From assembly GCA_965223665.1 (NCBI GenBank), contig OZ245011.1, positions 352,001-416,000 of the forward strand: a DNA stretch of 64,000 bases, read 5' to 3'. The first letter of the stretch is position 1. The number at the start of each line of letters is the position of its first letter. Of the stretch, positions 21,348 through 31,351 are shown one piece after another. The notes beneath the pieces are model-generated. The model searched no databases. It was not told the DNA's origin and was given only the letters and a program-made list of their open reading frames with translations. The stretch is from Nitrospinaceae bacterium (GTDB lineage: Bacteria; Nitrospinota; Nitrospinia; Nitrospinales; Nitrospinaceae). Position numbers and translations under genes: made by a program.

Positions 21348-21455
21348 GGAATATAAATTTTTTAGAGAACTAACTCCAAAAGTTGCTTGTTAATTAGTTC
21401 GGTTGACGAGCTAGTTTGTTGTTTAATATAACGCCAAAACAATTAAAAAACACGA

Positions 21456-21485
21456 AGTATATAGGCCCAAATCCATAACTGTCAA
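21456..21485 (-). promoter_or_regulatory. Putative sigma70 promoter of nuoE-G-D
   Basis: Minus strand reads TTGACA (21485-21480)-N18-TATACT (21461-21456), ~110 nt upstream of the nuoE start. Confidence 0.55.
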
Positions 21486-21814
21486 CTTAATAATTGATTA
21501 AAGATAGGAGTAGGAAATGAATTAAAGTTAAAGGTAGATTTTTTATTTCAAAATTTGTTTTTTCAAGGCTAAACGAAGTATGATTTCTGGTTTTTCCAGC
21601 TTTTTTAGGAAAAGTGAAATTATTAATATTGCTACTAAAAAGGTGGTTTATTAGCCAACAACAGGTTGCAAAAATTGAAGAAAACTATTTACATACCTTT
21701 AAGGAATGTTTTGCCAAATATATAAATTTAAAATAGCTGGAATTGGAGCAAAATCTTGGTATGAAGTTAATCTAAAGAATACCTACTTTAGGGTATTTTT
21801 GCGAATGGATAGTC

Positions 21815-24070
21815 TTACTTTAAATTGTACTGTGATTTTGAATAAACAGGTTGTATCGAAGGCAACTGATCAGTTGATTTTAATTGGATTAGGTTAGAAT
21901 AAGCCCCTGAATGTTTGGGGTTTATAGATAAGGCGGTTTGAAAAGCCTCAAAAGCTGCTTTTTTGTTGTTAGTATTCAAATAATACTCTCCCAATGAAAA
22001 ATAAATATCTTCATCCTGGGGATTATTCTTTAAAGCCTTTTTTAAAGTGTAAATAGCTTCCCAATATTGATTCATTTCCCCTAAAGACCAAGCGATATTT
22101 TTATAAAGTTGGCTGTTTTGAGGATACTTTTTCAAGGCTTTTTTAAAAGTTTGTATGGCCTCCTGATGACGTCCCAGTAATTCGTAAACGAGTCCCAATT
22201 GATTTAAAGATTTTAAGTGGTCTTTATCGTATAAAAGTGCTTTTTGAAGGGCGTCTATGGCTGTTTCATGACGACTCAAAATTGTATTTATTTTCCCGAT
22301 CTGATAGTACACATTTGCTTTGCTGGGACTCAATTCAATTGCTTTTTGGTAAACATTTAAGGCTTCTTCGTATCGATCAAGTTTTAAAAAAGCTGTGGCT
22401 AACCCAATTAACAGTTTTTGATTTGTAGGTTCTTTTTCCAAGGATTTTTCATAAGGGAAAATAGCCAGTTTAAATTGATGGGTTTTTAGATAATTTTCAG
22501 CAATCAACTTTTGGGCTTTTAAATTGTCAGGCTGTTTTTGAATAATTTTTTTTAGATAAAATATTCCCTGCTTGGGTTGATTTAGATAAGAATAAGCAAA
22601 ACCCAATCCAAACTCCGCTCCAAAGTTGTTTGGAATTAATTTCAAAGATTTTAAAAAAGGGTTAATCGACTTTTTATAATTTGAAAGCTTTAAATATGCT
22701 TGTCCAAGGTATTGAAACCCCCATCCCAACTTTTTGTCTAACCGAGTTGCTTGTTTTAACGGGAGTATGGCCTCTTTATATTCTTTTGTAAAATAAAGTG
22801 ATCGTCCCAGATTGAACCAGGTTTCGGCTGAATTTTTATTGTGTTTTAAAGTTTCTCTTAATTCAGGAATAGCGTGAGCATATAGCTCCATTTCCAAAAA
22901 ACATTTTGATAGTTTTTCATGGGCCTCTTTGTGGTTTGGATTCAATCGAACCACTTCTTGAAAAGCAGATACTGCTTCAGGATATTGTTTTAAATCAAAG
23001 TTTATTTTGCCTATCTTATAAAAGGATTTTATGCTCTTAGGATTTACCCTGACCACTTGTCGGTATTGTTCAATGGCTTTATGGGGAAAGTTTAACTTTT
23101 CATAGGATTGGGCCATTTTATAATAAGCGGTCTTATAATTTTTGTTTAACCTAACAGCCTCTGCAAAATATTTATTGGCTTTTTTAAGATTTTGCAATTT
23201 ATAGTAAATCCAACCTAATTTATAAAAAGCTTTTGAGTCTTTAAACCTGACTTTGATCAATTTTTTATAAGGCTTTATTGCTAATTTTAGTTTTCCAAGG
23301 TTGATATAAGCTTTTCCTAAATACTCCAAAGCAATGTCATTACTTGGATAAATAATCAATGCATCTTTTAAAGGTTTGAGAGCCTGTTCGGAGTGTCCTG
23401 ATTTTACTAAGGTCCGCCCAATAGCGGCATGAATTGAGTGCAAATTTGGGGAGAGGTCCAAAGCTTCCTGATAATACATTATGGCACTTTGATATTTTTT
23501 TAAAGCCTCAAAGTTTTCCCCAAGCTCCAAAAGCCAATCTGGTTGGTTGGGGTCCAATTGTAGGGCCTTTTGAATTTCCTCAACAGCTTTTTGGTGGTTT
23601 TTTAGTTTTGAAAGGGTTGCTCCCAATGCAAAATGGGAAGAGGCCAAATTGGGACTTAAATTAATTGAGGTTTCAAGGTGTTCTTTAGCTTTGGAATAAC
23701 GTTGCAATAAACGGTAAGCATTTCCTAAACCATATTGAGCTTCAGGATAATTGGGATCCAGTTGCACAGCCTCTAAATAAGATTGAGCCGCTTTTTTATT
23801 TTTATGTAAGGCAAGGTAGCTTTCGCCCAAATGAAAATAGGCTGATGGAAATAGGGGTTCTAATTCAATTACTTTTTTATATTCTTGAATGGCTTCTTTA
23901 TATAATCCCATTTGTTCAAATGATCGGGCTAAACCAAAATGCGCCAGGTGGTCATTTGGGTTGGTTTTCAAGACCATTTTATAATCTTGGACACCCAAAA
24001 AATCCGCAAAACATGGAGAAAAAGTTCCCAAAATCCAAAAACAACTGAATGCGATAAATAGTTTTTTCAA
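21815..24070 (-). CDS. Secreted multi-TPR protein (~20 repeats)
   Basis: Signal peptide followed by continuous 34-aa TPR periodicity (LG..Y...A...Y..A...P). Confidence 0.88.
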   Translation of the reverse strand: MKKLFIAFSCFWILGTFSPCFADFLGVQDYKMVLKTNPNDHLAHFGLARSFEQMGLYKEAIQEYKKVIELEPLFPSAYFHLGESYLALHKNKKAAQSYLEAVQLDPNYPEAQYGLGNAYRLLQRYSKAKEHLETSINLSPNLASSHFALGATLSKLKNHQKAVEEIQKALQLDPNQPDWLLELGENFEALKKYQSAIMYYQEALDLSPNLHSIHAAIGRTLVKSGHSEQALKPLKDALIIYPSNDIALEYLGKAYINLGKLKLAIKPYKKLIKVRFKDSKAFYKLGWIYYKLQNLKKANKYFAEAVRLNKNYKTAYYKMAQSYEKLNFPHKAIEQYRQVVRVNPKSIKSFYKIGKINFDLKQYPEAVSAFQEVVRLNPNHKEAHEKLSKCFLEMELYAHAIPELRETLKHNKNSAETWFNLGRSLYFTKEYKEAILPLKQATRLDKKLGWGFQYLGQAYLKLSNYKKSINPFLKSLKLIPNNFGAEFGLGFAYSYLNQPKQGIFYLKKIIQKQPDNLKAQKLIAENYLKTHQFKLAIFPYEKSLEKEPTNQKLLIGLATAFLKLDRYEEALNVYQKAIELSPSKANVYYQIGKINTILSRHETAIDALQKALLYDKDHLKSLNQLGLVYELLGRHQEAIQTFKKALKKYPQNSQLYKNIAWSLGEMNQYWEAIYTLKKALKNNPQDEDIYFSLGEYYLNTNNKKAAFEAFQTALSINPKHSGAYSNLIQLKSTDQLPSIQPVYSKSQYNLK

Positions 24071-24182
24071 TAGGTTTCCCTCAATATCAGTTCTTTTCTC
24101 CTATCGGCATTTTTATCTAAAAAAATAGTGTGTGGTTAATAAATTGAGGTGGAATTGAAAAAACTGATCTAATGGTACTGAA

Positions 24183-25199
24183 TTAGCCTTGCTTACGATG
24201 AAGTTGATACTTACGGACGGCAAAATTATGGTCTTTTAAATTATTTGAAAATTGGTGGCTTCCATCTTGTCGTGAAACAAAATAAAGATGGTTGGTTTGG
24301 GCAGGTTGGATCGCGGCATGTATGGAAGCCAACCCGGGATTCGCAATGGGGCCAGGGGGCAGACCAAAATGCTTATAAGTATTGTACGGTGAATCAATGG
24401 ATAAATCTTTTTTTCTAATATTCCCATCAAAATGAGCCATGGCATAAATTACCGTTGGATCGGTCTGGAGTCGCATTCTTTTCTCAAGGCGATTATGGAA
24501 AACAGAAGAAATAATTTTTCTTTCGGAGTCCAATCCGGTTTCTTTTTCGATAAGAGAGGCTAAAGTTATCACTTCATGAAAGGTTAACCCTGATTCTTTT
24601 ATCATTTCTTTAGTTGATGGATTCAAAACCTTTTCTTTAAATGTATCAACCATTTTCTCAATGATTTTTCGCTCTCCAGTGTTTTTGCTGAAACGATAGG
24701 TTTCTGGAAAGAGGTATCCTTCTAAACTCTCTGCAGATATTTTTAAAGATTTAATTAATTCAGAGTTTTGTGTTTCTGAAATAAATTTTTTAGAATTGAC
24801 TAAGCCTTCTTTTTCTAAAATCGACGCAATTTCAGCAATGCGATGGCCCTCTGGTATGGTTACGGTATGTAGATGGGTACGGCCGTTGGAAATAATATCC
24901 AGGATTTCGTATGGTGTCATTTGCCCTGATAATTGATATTCACCCGCTTGAATGTGGTCTTGCTTTCCTTGAAAATAGGTGAACATCATGAATTGTTTTT
25001 CACTTGAAATTATTTTCTTGGATTCTAATTGATGGGAGACTTGACGCAACGTTGTTCCATTAGGAATTTCTAAAACTGAAAGATTTGAAGGGATGTTGCT
25101 TGGGGAAAATGCGAAATTATAAAGGGTGCCAACAATAGAAATACATAGAACAACAACTAATATTGCTAAACCCACTAAAAATTTTTTTATGGTTCGCAT
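24183..25199 (-). CDS. mltG: Endolytic transglycosylase MltG
   Basis: TIPEG, LEGYLFPETY, ASLIEKE, LQTDPTV, SPYNTY, GLPPGPI motifs. Start may be the TTG at 25214. Confidence 0.93.
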   Translation of the reverse strand: MRTIKKFLVGLAILVVVLCISIVGTLYNFAFSPSNIPSNLSVLEIPNGTTLRQVSHQLESKKIISSEKQFMMFTYFQGKQDHIQAGEYQLSGQMTPYEILDIISNGRTHLHTVTIPEGHRIAEIASILEKEGLVNSKKFISETQNSELIKSLKISAESLEGYLFPETYRFSKNTGERKIIEKMVDTFKEKVLNPSTKEMIKESGLTFHEVITLASLIEKETGLDSERKIISSVFHNRLEKRMRLQTDPTVIYAMAHFDGNIRKKDLSIDSPYNTYKHFGLPPGPIANPGLASIHAAIQPAQTNHLYFVSRQDGSHQFSNNLKDHNFAVRKYQLHRKQG

Positions 25200-25254
25200 A
25201 AAAGGAATCCCCAAATGTTGGATAATTTATGAATCGGCAATTTTGGGGTTTGCC

Positions 25255-26325
25255 TTAATTGATGATTTCTTTTAATTTTTCAAGAAATGCATCATTTTCC
25301 TCAGGAGTTCCAATAGTAACCCTTAGGCAGTTTTTAAGCCTGGGGTGACTGCTGAGGTCACGAATTAGTATACCTCTTTCTGCCAATTGATTAAATAGTT
25401 CTGTTGAATTATGGGTTGTGCGAAAAAGTATAAAATTAGCATCTGAAGAAAATACAGCTAAGGAAGAAAACTGGGAAAGTGATTTTTTAACTCGGTCTCT
25501 TTCTTGAAGTATGGTATCTATTTGTTCTTGAATAGGTTCAAAGTTGTTTAACAATTGTTCAGCTAAGTTTTGCGAAACTGTGTTGGAATTGTATGGCAAT
25601 CTCACCTTATTGATTTCATTGATTATAATGGGGTCTGCGATGGCGTATCCCACTCGCAGTCCAGCCAAGCCAATTTTAGAAAGACTTCGTAAGATTATGA
25701 CATTATTGTGGTTTGAAATTTTCTCTAAATAGGTCGTTTTCGAAAAATCAAAATACGCTTCATCTACCACAACTATTCCAGAAAAGTTTTCTATCACCAG
25801 TTGAATTTCTTTTTGGGAAAAGCAATTTCCAGTTGGATTGTTAGGATAACTAAAAAATATAATTTTAGGTTTGTTATCTTTAATTGAGCTTAATAAATCG
25901 TTTGCTTTAAAATTCCATTGCGCATCTAGAGGAATGGTGTGTGTTTTTAAGCCCATACCTTTTGCTAATATGGAATACATTGCGAAAGTAGGGTCAGGAA
26001 AGGCAACTGTTTCACCCATATCACAAAAAATCTGTAAAATGATTTGAATCAATTCATCTGAACCATTTCCTAATACCAGGGACTCTGTGGAAATATTTAA
26101 TTTTTTTGACAAAGTTTTTCTTAAGGTTGCCGAATCAGGGTCGGGGTATCGATTCAAATCGTAAGTACGAAAGGATTCCTCAAATAATTTTTGAATACTT
26201 GAAGGAAGGGGAAACGAATTTTCATTTGCATGTAATTTGACAGCGCAATCAACGTTATCCACATGATAAGGTTTTAAAGTTTTTACTTTGTCTTTTACCA
26301 AAGCTAGTAAGTCTACATTTGCCAT
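25255..26325 (-). CDS. hisC: Histidinol-phosphate aminotransferase
   Basis: KLHANEN, NRYPD, GNGSDELI, PNNPTG, DEAY, RSLSK..LAGLRVGY. Confidence 0.93.
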   Translation of the reverse strand: MANVDLLALVKDKVKTLKPYHVDNVDCAVKLHANENSFPLPSSIQKLFEESFRTYDLNRYPDPDSATLRKTLSKKLNISTESLVLGNGSDELIQIILQIFCDMGETVAFPDPTFAMYSILAKGMGLKTHTIPLDAQWNFKANDLLSSIKDNKPKIIFFSYPNNPTGNCFSQKEIQLVIENFSGIVVVDEAYFDFSKTTYLEKISNHNNVIILRSLSKIGLAGLRVGYAIADPIIINEINKVRLPYNSNTVSQNLAEQLLNNFEPIQEQIDTILQERDRVKKSLSQFSSLAVFSSDANFILFRTTHNSTELFNQLAERGILIRDLSSHPRLKNCLRVTIGTPEENDAFLEKLKEIIN

Positions 26326-26330
26326 AAAAG

Positions 26331-26951
26331 TTAATCCATTTCCATTAGTTCTCTTAAGCTAGGACAAGAACTTTGAAACCTATTAGTTTTGCTTTTTTCC
26401 GCCTGAACAATTGCTGAAATATTTTTAACCACATCTTCTACTACATTATTAGTTAATACATAGTCGTACAAGGACCATTTTTTTATTTCTAGTTTTCCAA
26501 CTTCAATTCGTTGATCAATTTTTTCTGCTGACTCAGTTCCCCTGCTATTGAGGCGATTTTTTAGCTCTTCCAAGGAAGGAGGTAGGATGAATATGAAAAT
26601 ACCGTTAAAATTTATCTTTTTTAATTTTTCTGCTCCTTGTACATCAATTTCCAAAATTAAATCATTTCCTTTATCTAGAATATTCTCAATTGTGGAATGG
26701 GCGGTTCCATAAAAATTTCCATAAATTTCAGCCCATTCCAAAAATTCGTCCTCTTTAATCATTTCTTGAAATTGACTTTTGCTAATAAAGAAATAGTCTT
26801 TTCCATCAGTTTCATTGGTTCTTGGGGATCGAGTGGTATGAGAAATGGAAAACTTAATATCTGGAAAATCCGTTTTTAATTTCTGACAAATAGTGGTTTT
26901 GCCTGTTCCCGAAGGAGCTGAAAGAATAATGGCTAAACCTTTTTGTTTCAT
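26331..26951 (-). CDS. gmk: Guanylate kinase
   Basis: SAPSGTGKTT, SHTTRSPR, EIDVQG. Confidence 0.96.
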   Translation of the reverse strand: MKQKGLAIILSAPSGTGKTTICQKLKTDFPDIKFSISHTTRSPRTNETDGKDYFFISKSQFQEMIKEDEFLEWAEIYGNFYGTAHSTIENILDKGNDLILEIDVQGAEKLKKINFNGIFIFILPPSLEELKNRLNSRGTESAEKIDQRIEVGKLEIKKWSLYDYVLTNNVVEDVVKNISAIVQAEKSKTNRFQSSCPSLRELMEMD

Positions 26952-26996
26952 TCAGTTGTGATCCCTAATTATAGTTTTGATAGAAATAGTGACAGG

Positions 26997-27878
26997 TCAT
27001 TCGATGTTTTGGAGTTGCTCGCGTATTTTTTCCAAGTGGCTTTTTATTTCGATGACTTTTTGGGAGATTTCATAGTCAGGAGATTTCGATCCAATAGTGT
27101 TCACTTCCCTATTAATTTCCTGGACTATAAATTCCAATTTTCTTCCAATGGGTTCTGTCATTTTAATAAAATCAAAGAACTGTTTTAAATGGCAATTCAT
27201 TCGGGTTAGTTCTTCAGAGATATCGCATCTGTCTGCAAATAATGCTACCTCTTGAGCTAATCGCCCGGGATCCAGTTCAATTCCTTCAGAAAGGGTTTTA
27301 ACTTTCTCATTAAGCTTATGCTTATAATCTTCTACGACTTGAGGTTGTCTCAGACTAATCTGCTGATTTAAAGTTTCAATGGTTTGAATATTTTTAGTTA
27401 AATCATTTTGCAAATGCTTCCCTTCTTCCTGCCTCATTTTTATTAAAGAAATTAATGCCTCCTCCACGGACTCTAAAACTAAAGACTCCTGATTTTCATC
27501 AAGTGACATGGGTTCAGTTTTGATAATGTCTTTAACATTTAAAAGTGCTTCCAAAGGAAAATCACCAGAAAGTCCAACCTCATTTTTAATTTTTTCTAGT
27601 GCCTGGATATATTGTTTTGCCAAAGGGACATTAGATGTAACTTCTAAATCTGATCCGTTTTCTTCATTCTTTTCTACATTAATGAATATGTCAAAAGAAC
27701 CACGAGAACATTTGGATTTTATTAATTTTTTTAGAGGAAGTTCCAGCGAGGAAAGATATTTAGGAAAACGAGCATTAATATCAATAAAGCGGTTATTAAC
27801 AGAACGGATCTCAACCTTACAGGATATTATTCCATTCTGTTTTTCTGACCGGCCATAGCCGGTCATACTTTTTAGCAT
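26997..27878 (-). CDS. yicC: YicC/YloC family endoribonuclease
   Basis: SMTGYG, SVNNRF, GRKLEF..QE..REVNTIGSK, REQLQNIE. Confidence 0.92.
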   Translation of the reverse strand: MLKSMTGYGRSEKQNGIISCKVEIRSVNNRFIDINARFPKYLSSLELPLKKLIKSKCSRGSFDIFINVEKNEENGSDLEVTSNVPLAKQYIQALEKIKNEVGLSGDFPLEALLNVKDIIKTEPMSLDENQESLVLESVEEALISLIKMRQEEGKHLQNDLTKNIQTIETLNQQISLRQPQVVEDYKHKLNEKVKTLSEGIELDPGRLAQEVALFADRCDISEELTRMNCHLKQFFDFIKMTEPIGRKLEFIVQEINREVNTIGSKSPDYEISQKVIEIKSHLEKIREQLQNIE

Positions 27879-27892
27879 TCCTTTAACAACCT

Positions 27893-30277
27893 TTATGCTT
27901 TTTCAATGACAATTTTATGATGTCCGTTTTCTTTCACCTGGGATAAAAGCTTATGACCATCGTTTTGGACACTTCGAGGAACATTTTTTGCGGGTTCACC
28001 ATCATCCAGCAAAACTTCCAATACCTGACCGCTTTGCATCCCCTCTAATTTAAGCTTAGTTTTAACATAATTAAAAGGGCATTTAACTCCTAAAAGGTCA
28101 ATAGTCTCGTGATTAGAATTTGCCTCTTGGTTATTTTCTGAAAGTGCTTCCTGAACATTACCGGTCGAGCCCACTCTAATCCGAAGGCTTTTATCCGACT
28201 GCATTTTGTTATGGGCTTTTTGAGATTCGATAACAAGTCGGTTACATTCATCTAACGACTCTTCAGCTTTTTTCAAATCAGCCTTTTCCGGATCTTCTTG
28301 GAAGCGTTTAGTAACCCCTTCATGAGATTCAGATACAATACCGGTTTCAACAATTAACGATTCAAATTTGCTGAGAGTTTCTAAGTTATCGGTAAAATCC
28401 ATTCCTTCAGTGACCAATAAGGCTCTTGCTGCTGAGGCAATTCCTCGATTGGCTTGACGAACACATTCTGCGAATATTTCTTTTTCAAAAGCACGTTGAC
28501 TTTGAAAAAGTGCACGCTCTGCTTCAGAAAGATGATCCGTTATCATATCTGTGACCGCACCAGCACATTCACCCTGTCCTCGGTCATCCAATGAAAACTT
28601 TTCTTTAGCGTGGTAGTCAATATAAGACTGAGGAGATTCCTCAATGGATGGCAGTTCTTTAAGATCAGCTAGAAGCTCAATGAAATACCCTTTACCCATA
28701 CGCTCAAAAAAACTTGGAAATGATTCTCCTTCTTTTCTTTCTCGTTTATAGTTTTCCACCGTTCGACGAGTTGCATTGGGTACGTTTTTTGCCGGAATTT
28801 TAATAACATTTGTTCCAAACTTAACCCCATCTTCATTAATTTCTCCACCAAGCATCACTTCATAATGAGGAGCTAAAACCCCATTAATTTTTTTTGCTGA
28901 GCCGGAGAATCCAATGGAAGCAATGTGATGTTGACCACAAGAATTCGGGCATCCGCTGGCTTTTATTGATACTCCGTCCAATTGTGAGGAATCTGTGACC
29001 TCATTTTCAACATCATCTGTAATTTGATTAATCAAACCGCGGGAATGGGTGATCCCTAAATTACAGGTTTCAGATCCGGGACAGCAGGTCATATCTTTAA
29101 GTTCTTCGGTGCCAGCTTTATGAAGATCGATTTCCTTTAGAGCACCATAAACATTGCCTAGGGCATCTTCTGAAACCCAAGGAATCATAATATTTTGATG
29201 GACCGTATTGATGAGTGTATCTCCAGCAAGCTTTAATGCAATATCAGCCAGTGCTCGAGCTTTGGTGCTATCAATATCACCTAATTGAAGTTTGACATGG
29301 ACATTGTAAAATCCATGTTGCCGTTGTTCGTGAGTATTTCGTGTTTTCCAATTTTGGAACAATGGGTCGGATGCAAACGCTACATTTTTTTCAAACTCAG
29401 GTGTTTTGGGAGTAACTTCATCCAGAGCCTCAATGGTTGGATAAACTGTATCCTTTTGGGCCTCAAATTCTTCTTGAATCATACTTGTAACTTTTTCAAT
29501 ACCATATTTATCCACAACATATTTAAATCGAGCCTTGTTTCTGTTTCTTTTATCTCCATACTTATCAAAAACTTTTACGATAGCTTCGCAAGTGCGCAAT
29601 AGCTCTTTAGCAGGAACAAAATCAGAAAACGGTTGAGCGGCATGTGGAAACGATCCCAAGCCTCCACCAATTATCATTTTAAATCCCCGTTCACCATCTT
29701 TAACAACTGCGGTCATTCCAATATCATGAATTGGGGCCAGTCCGCACCCTTTGCATCCACCTAAACTGATTTTAAACTTTCTAGGTAAATTTTGGGTTAA
29801 TGGATGTCGTATTAAAAATTTGGAAACAGCTCCGGCATAAGGAGTTACATCAAACAATTCATTTTTACAGGTACCAGATTTATGGCATGCTGTAACATTG
29901 CGAACGGTATTTCCACAAGCTTCACGAGTGGTTAGGCCGTGATCGGCTAAATCCTGCAACGCCTGCGGTACATCATTTATTTTTACAAAATGGAACTGAA
30001 TATCTTGGCGAGTGGTTACATGAAGAATTCCATTTGAATAATTATCTGCGAAGTCAGCAAGACAAATTAATTGATCCGAAGTGTATTTACCAAAAGGAAG
30101 TTTGGTTCGCACCATATGGACATCGTTTTGTCGTTGGCCATATATTCCTTGTTGAAGGCGAAACCTTTTAAAATCTTCTTCACCTACATTTCCTTGATTG
30201 AGGCGTTCCACTTCTGCAGCAAAATCTTCAATTTCTTGTTTAATTTCTTGAGGTATATTTAAAACCTTGGTATCCAT
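27893..30277 (-). CDS. Ferredoxin-type siroheme sulfite/nitrite reductase with HEPN-like and C-terminal TusA/SirA domains
   Basis: TTRQDIQ, LPRKFK, TCCPGSETCNLG and SGCPNSCGQH siroheme/[4Fe-4S] motifs. C-terminal DLLGVKCPFNYVK (TusA). Confidence 0.85.
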   Translation of the reverse strand: MDTKVLNIPQEIKQEIEDFAAEVERLNQGNVGEEDFKRFRLQQGIYGQRQNDVHMVRTKLPFGKYTSDQLICLADFADNYSNGILHVTTRQDIQFHFVKINDVPQALQDLADHGLTTREACGNTVRNVTACHKSGTCKNELFDVTPYAGAVSKFLIRHPLTQNLPRKFKISLGGCKGCGLAPIHDIGMTAVVKDGERGFKMIIGGGLGSFPHAAQPFSDFVPAKELLRTCEAIVKVFDKYGDKRNRNKARFKYVVDKYGIEKVTSMIQEEFEAQKDTVYPTIEALDEVTPKTPEFEKNVAFASDPLFQNWKTRNTHEQRQHGFYNVHVKLQLGDIDSTKARALADIALKLAGDTLINTVHQNIMIPWVSEDALGNVYGALKEIDLHKAGTEELKDMTCCPGSETCNLGITHSRGLINQITDDVENEVTDSSQLDGVSIKASGCPNSCGQHHIASIGFSGSAKKINGVLAPHYEVMLGGEINEDGVKFGTNVIKIPAKNVPNATRRTVENYKRERKEGESFPSFFERMGKGYFIELLADLKELPSIEESPQSYIDYHAKEKFSLDDRGQGECAGAVTDMITDHLSEAERALFQSQRAFEKEIFAECVRQANRGIASAARALLVTEGMDFTDNLETLSKFESLIVETGIVSESHEGVTKRFQEDPEKADLKKAEESLDECNRLVIESQKAHNKMQSDKSLRIRVGSTGNVQEALSENNQEANSNHETIDLLGVKCPFNYVKTKLKLEGMQSGQVLEVLLDDGEPAKNVPRSVQNDGHKLLSQVKENGHHKIVIEKA

Positions 30278-30595
30278 AACAGGCCCTGATTCCGTGAAAT
30301 GTTATTGCAATGAGACCGACAACTTTATATGTTTGGTCAATAGAAATAAGATTGCAAATTATTATTGAGGGCAATTTCTCTTAATTACAAAATGATGATA
30401 AAGAACCCCCAATTATTGCAACTGATTGTTTATCATATAACAAATTGGAATTAAAAAACAGAGGAATACCTTTAAACCGTAACTTTATGCATTTTGGTCA
30501 TAAATTTATACTTTTGAATTTTGGGGTATTTTTTTTAATATTTAGCAAATAAGCCTTATTTCCGGTTTATTAGGCTATACCTGGAGGACTAAGAA

Positions 30596-31333
30596 TTGGA
30601 ATCTCTTGATATCGCCACTTATTGGATATGGGCAAACTTTTTGATTTTTTTGACTGTATTTTCGGTCGCAATTTATATAAACCAAAGTTTTAATATTTGG
30701 CTGGTTGGTCTAATTTATATTCTTCCTCTTGTTCCTGTGGGTTTAGGTGAAGACAATTTAGCCAGGTTTTTAATCCAATCATTGCAAAACTTGGTATTTG
30801 GTGTGATTGAAATTGTGATTTTTGTGATCACTGTCCGCGAGGCTGATTTTAAATTTGATAAACCTCAAATAAAACAATTTGTCGGTCATGTTTTACCCAT
30901 AGCCATTGCTTCCATTGGGATGTCATTTTTTTCTCGAGTATCTATAGAACCTGTGAAAATGGGAGAAATGATATTGATCATGCTGATTTTTCTAATAGGT
31001 TGTGTTTTACGTGTTGTTGCAGTTTATCAGCTGGGTGCGGTGGCTTTTAAATTTGATATTATTTTTCGAGAAAATCAAAAAATGCAAACCCAAAAACTTT
31101 ATTCTATTATTCGGCATCCTTCGTATACCGCAATGGTTATTGTATTTCTCTCCTACGGCTTAACCACACATCACTGGATTGCGGGAATCCTGGGTTTATT
31201 TTTAGTTTGGTTTGGACTTCAATACCGGATTTTTTATGAGGAAAAAGCACTGCAAGATCACTTTGGCGATGATTACATCCAGTATCAAGCTAAAACAGGG
31301 ATGTGGATACCGTTATTAAAAAAGAAACTTTAA
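30596..31333 (+). CDS. Isoprenylcysteine carboxyl methyltransferase (ICMT/PEMT) family membrane protein
   Basis: YSIIRHPSY, RIFYEEKAL..FG..Y..Y motifs. GGAGG RBS before the TTG start. Confidence 0.8.
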   Translation: MESLDIATYWIWANFLIFLTVFSVAIYINQSFNIWLVGLIYILPLVPVGLGEDNLARFLIQSLQNLVFGVIEIVIFVITVREADFKFDKPQIKQFVGHVLPIAIASIGMSFFSRVSIEPVKMGEMILIMLIFLIGCVLRVVAVYQLGAVAFKFDIIFRENQKMQTQKLYSIIRHPSYTAMVIVFLSYGLTTHHWIAGILGLFLVWFGLQYRIFYEEKALQDHFGDDYIQYQAKTGMWIPLLKKKL

Positions 31334-31351
31334 GAAACTAAACATATTTGC

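Noticed and set aside
21706-21897. 63-aa plus-strand ORF near the TPR gene end
   Set aside because: It overlaps the TPR gene antisense and has no recognisable features.
28200-28540. HEPN RNase toxin or defence module
   Set aside because: It is embedded in a metabolic enzyme, with no clear Rx4-6H motif and no MNT partner.
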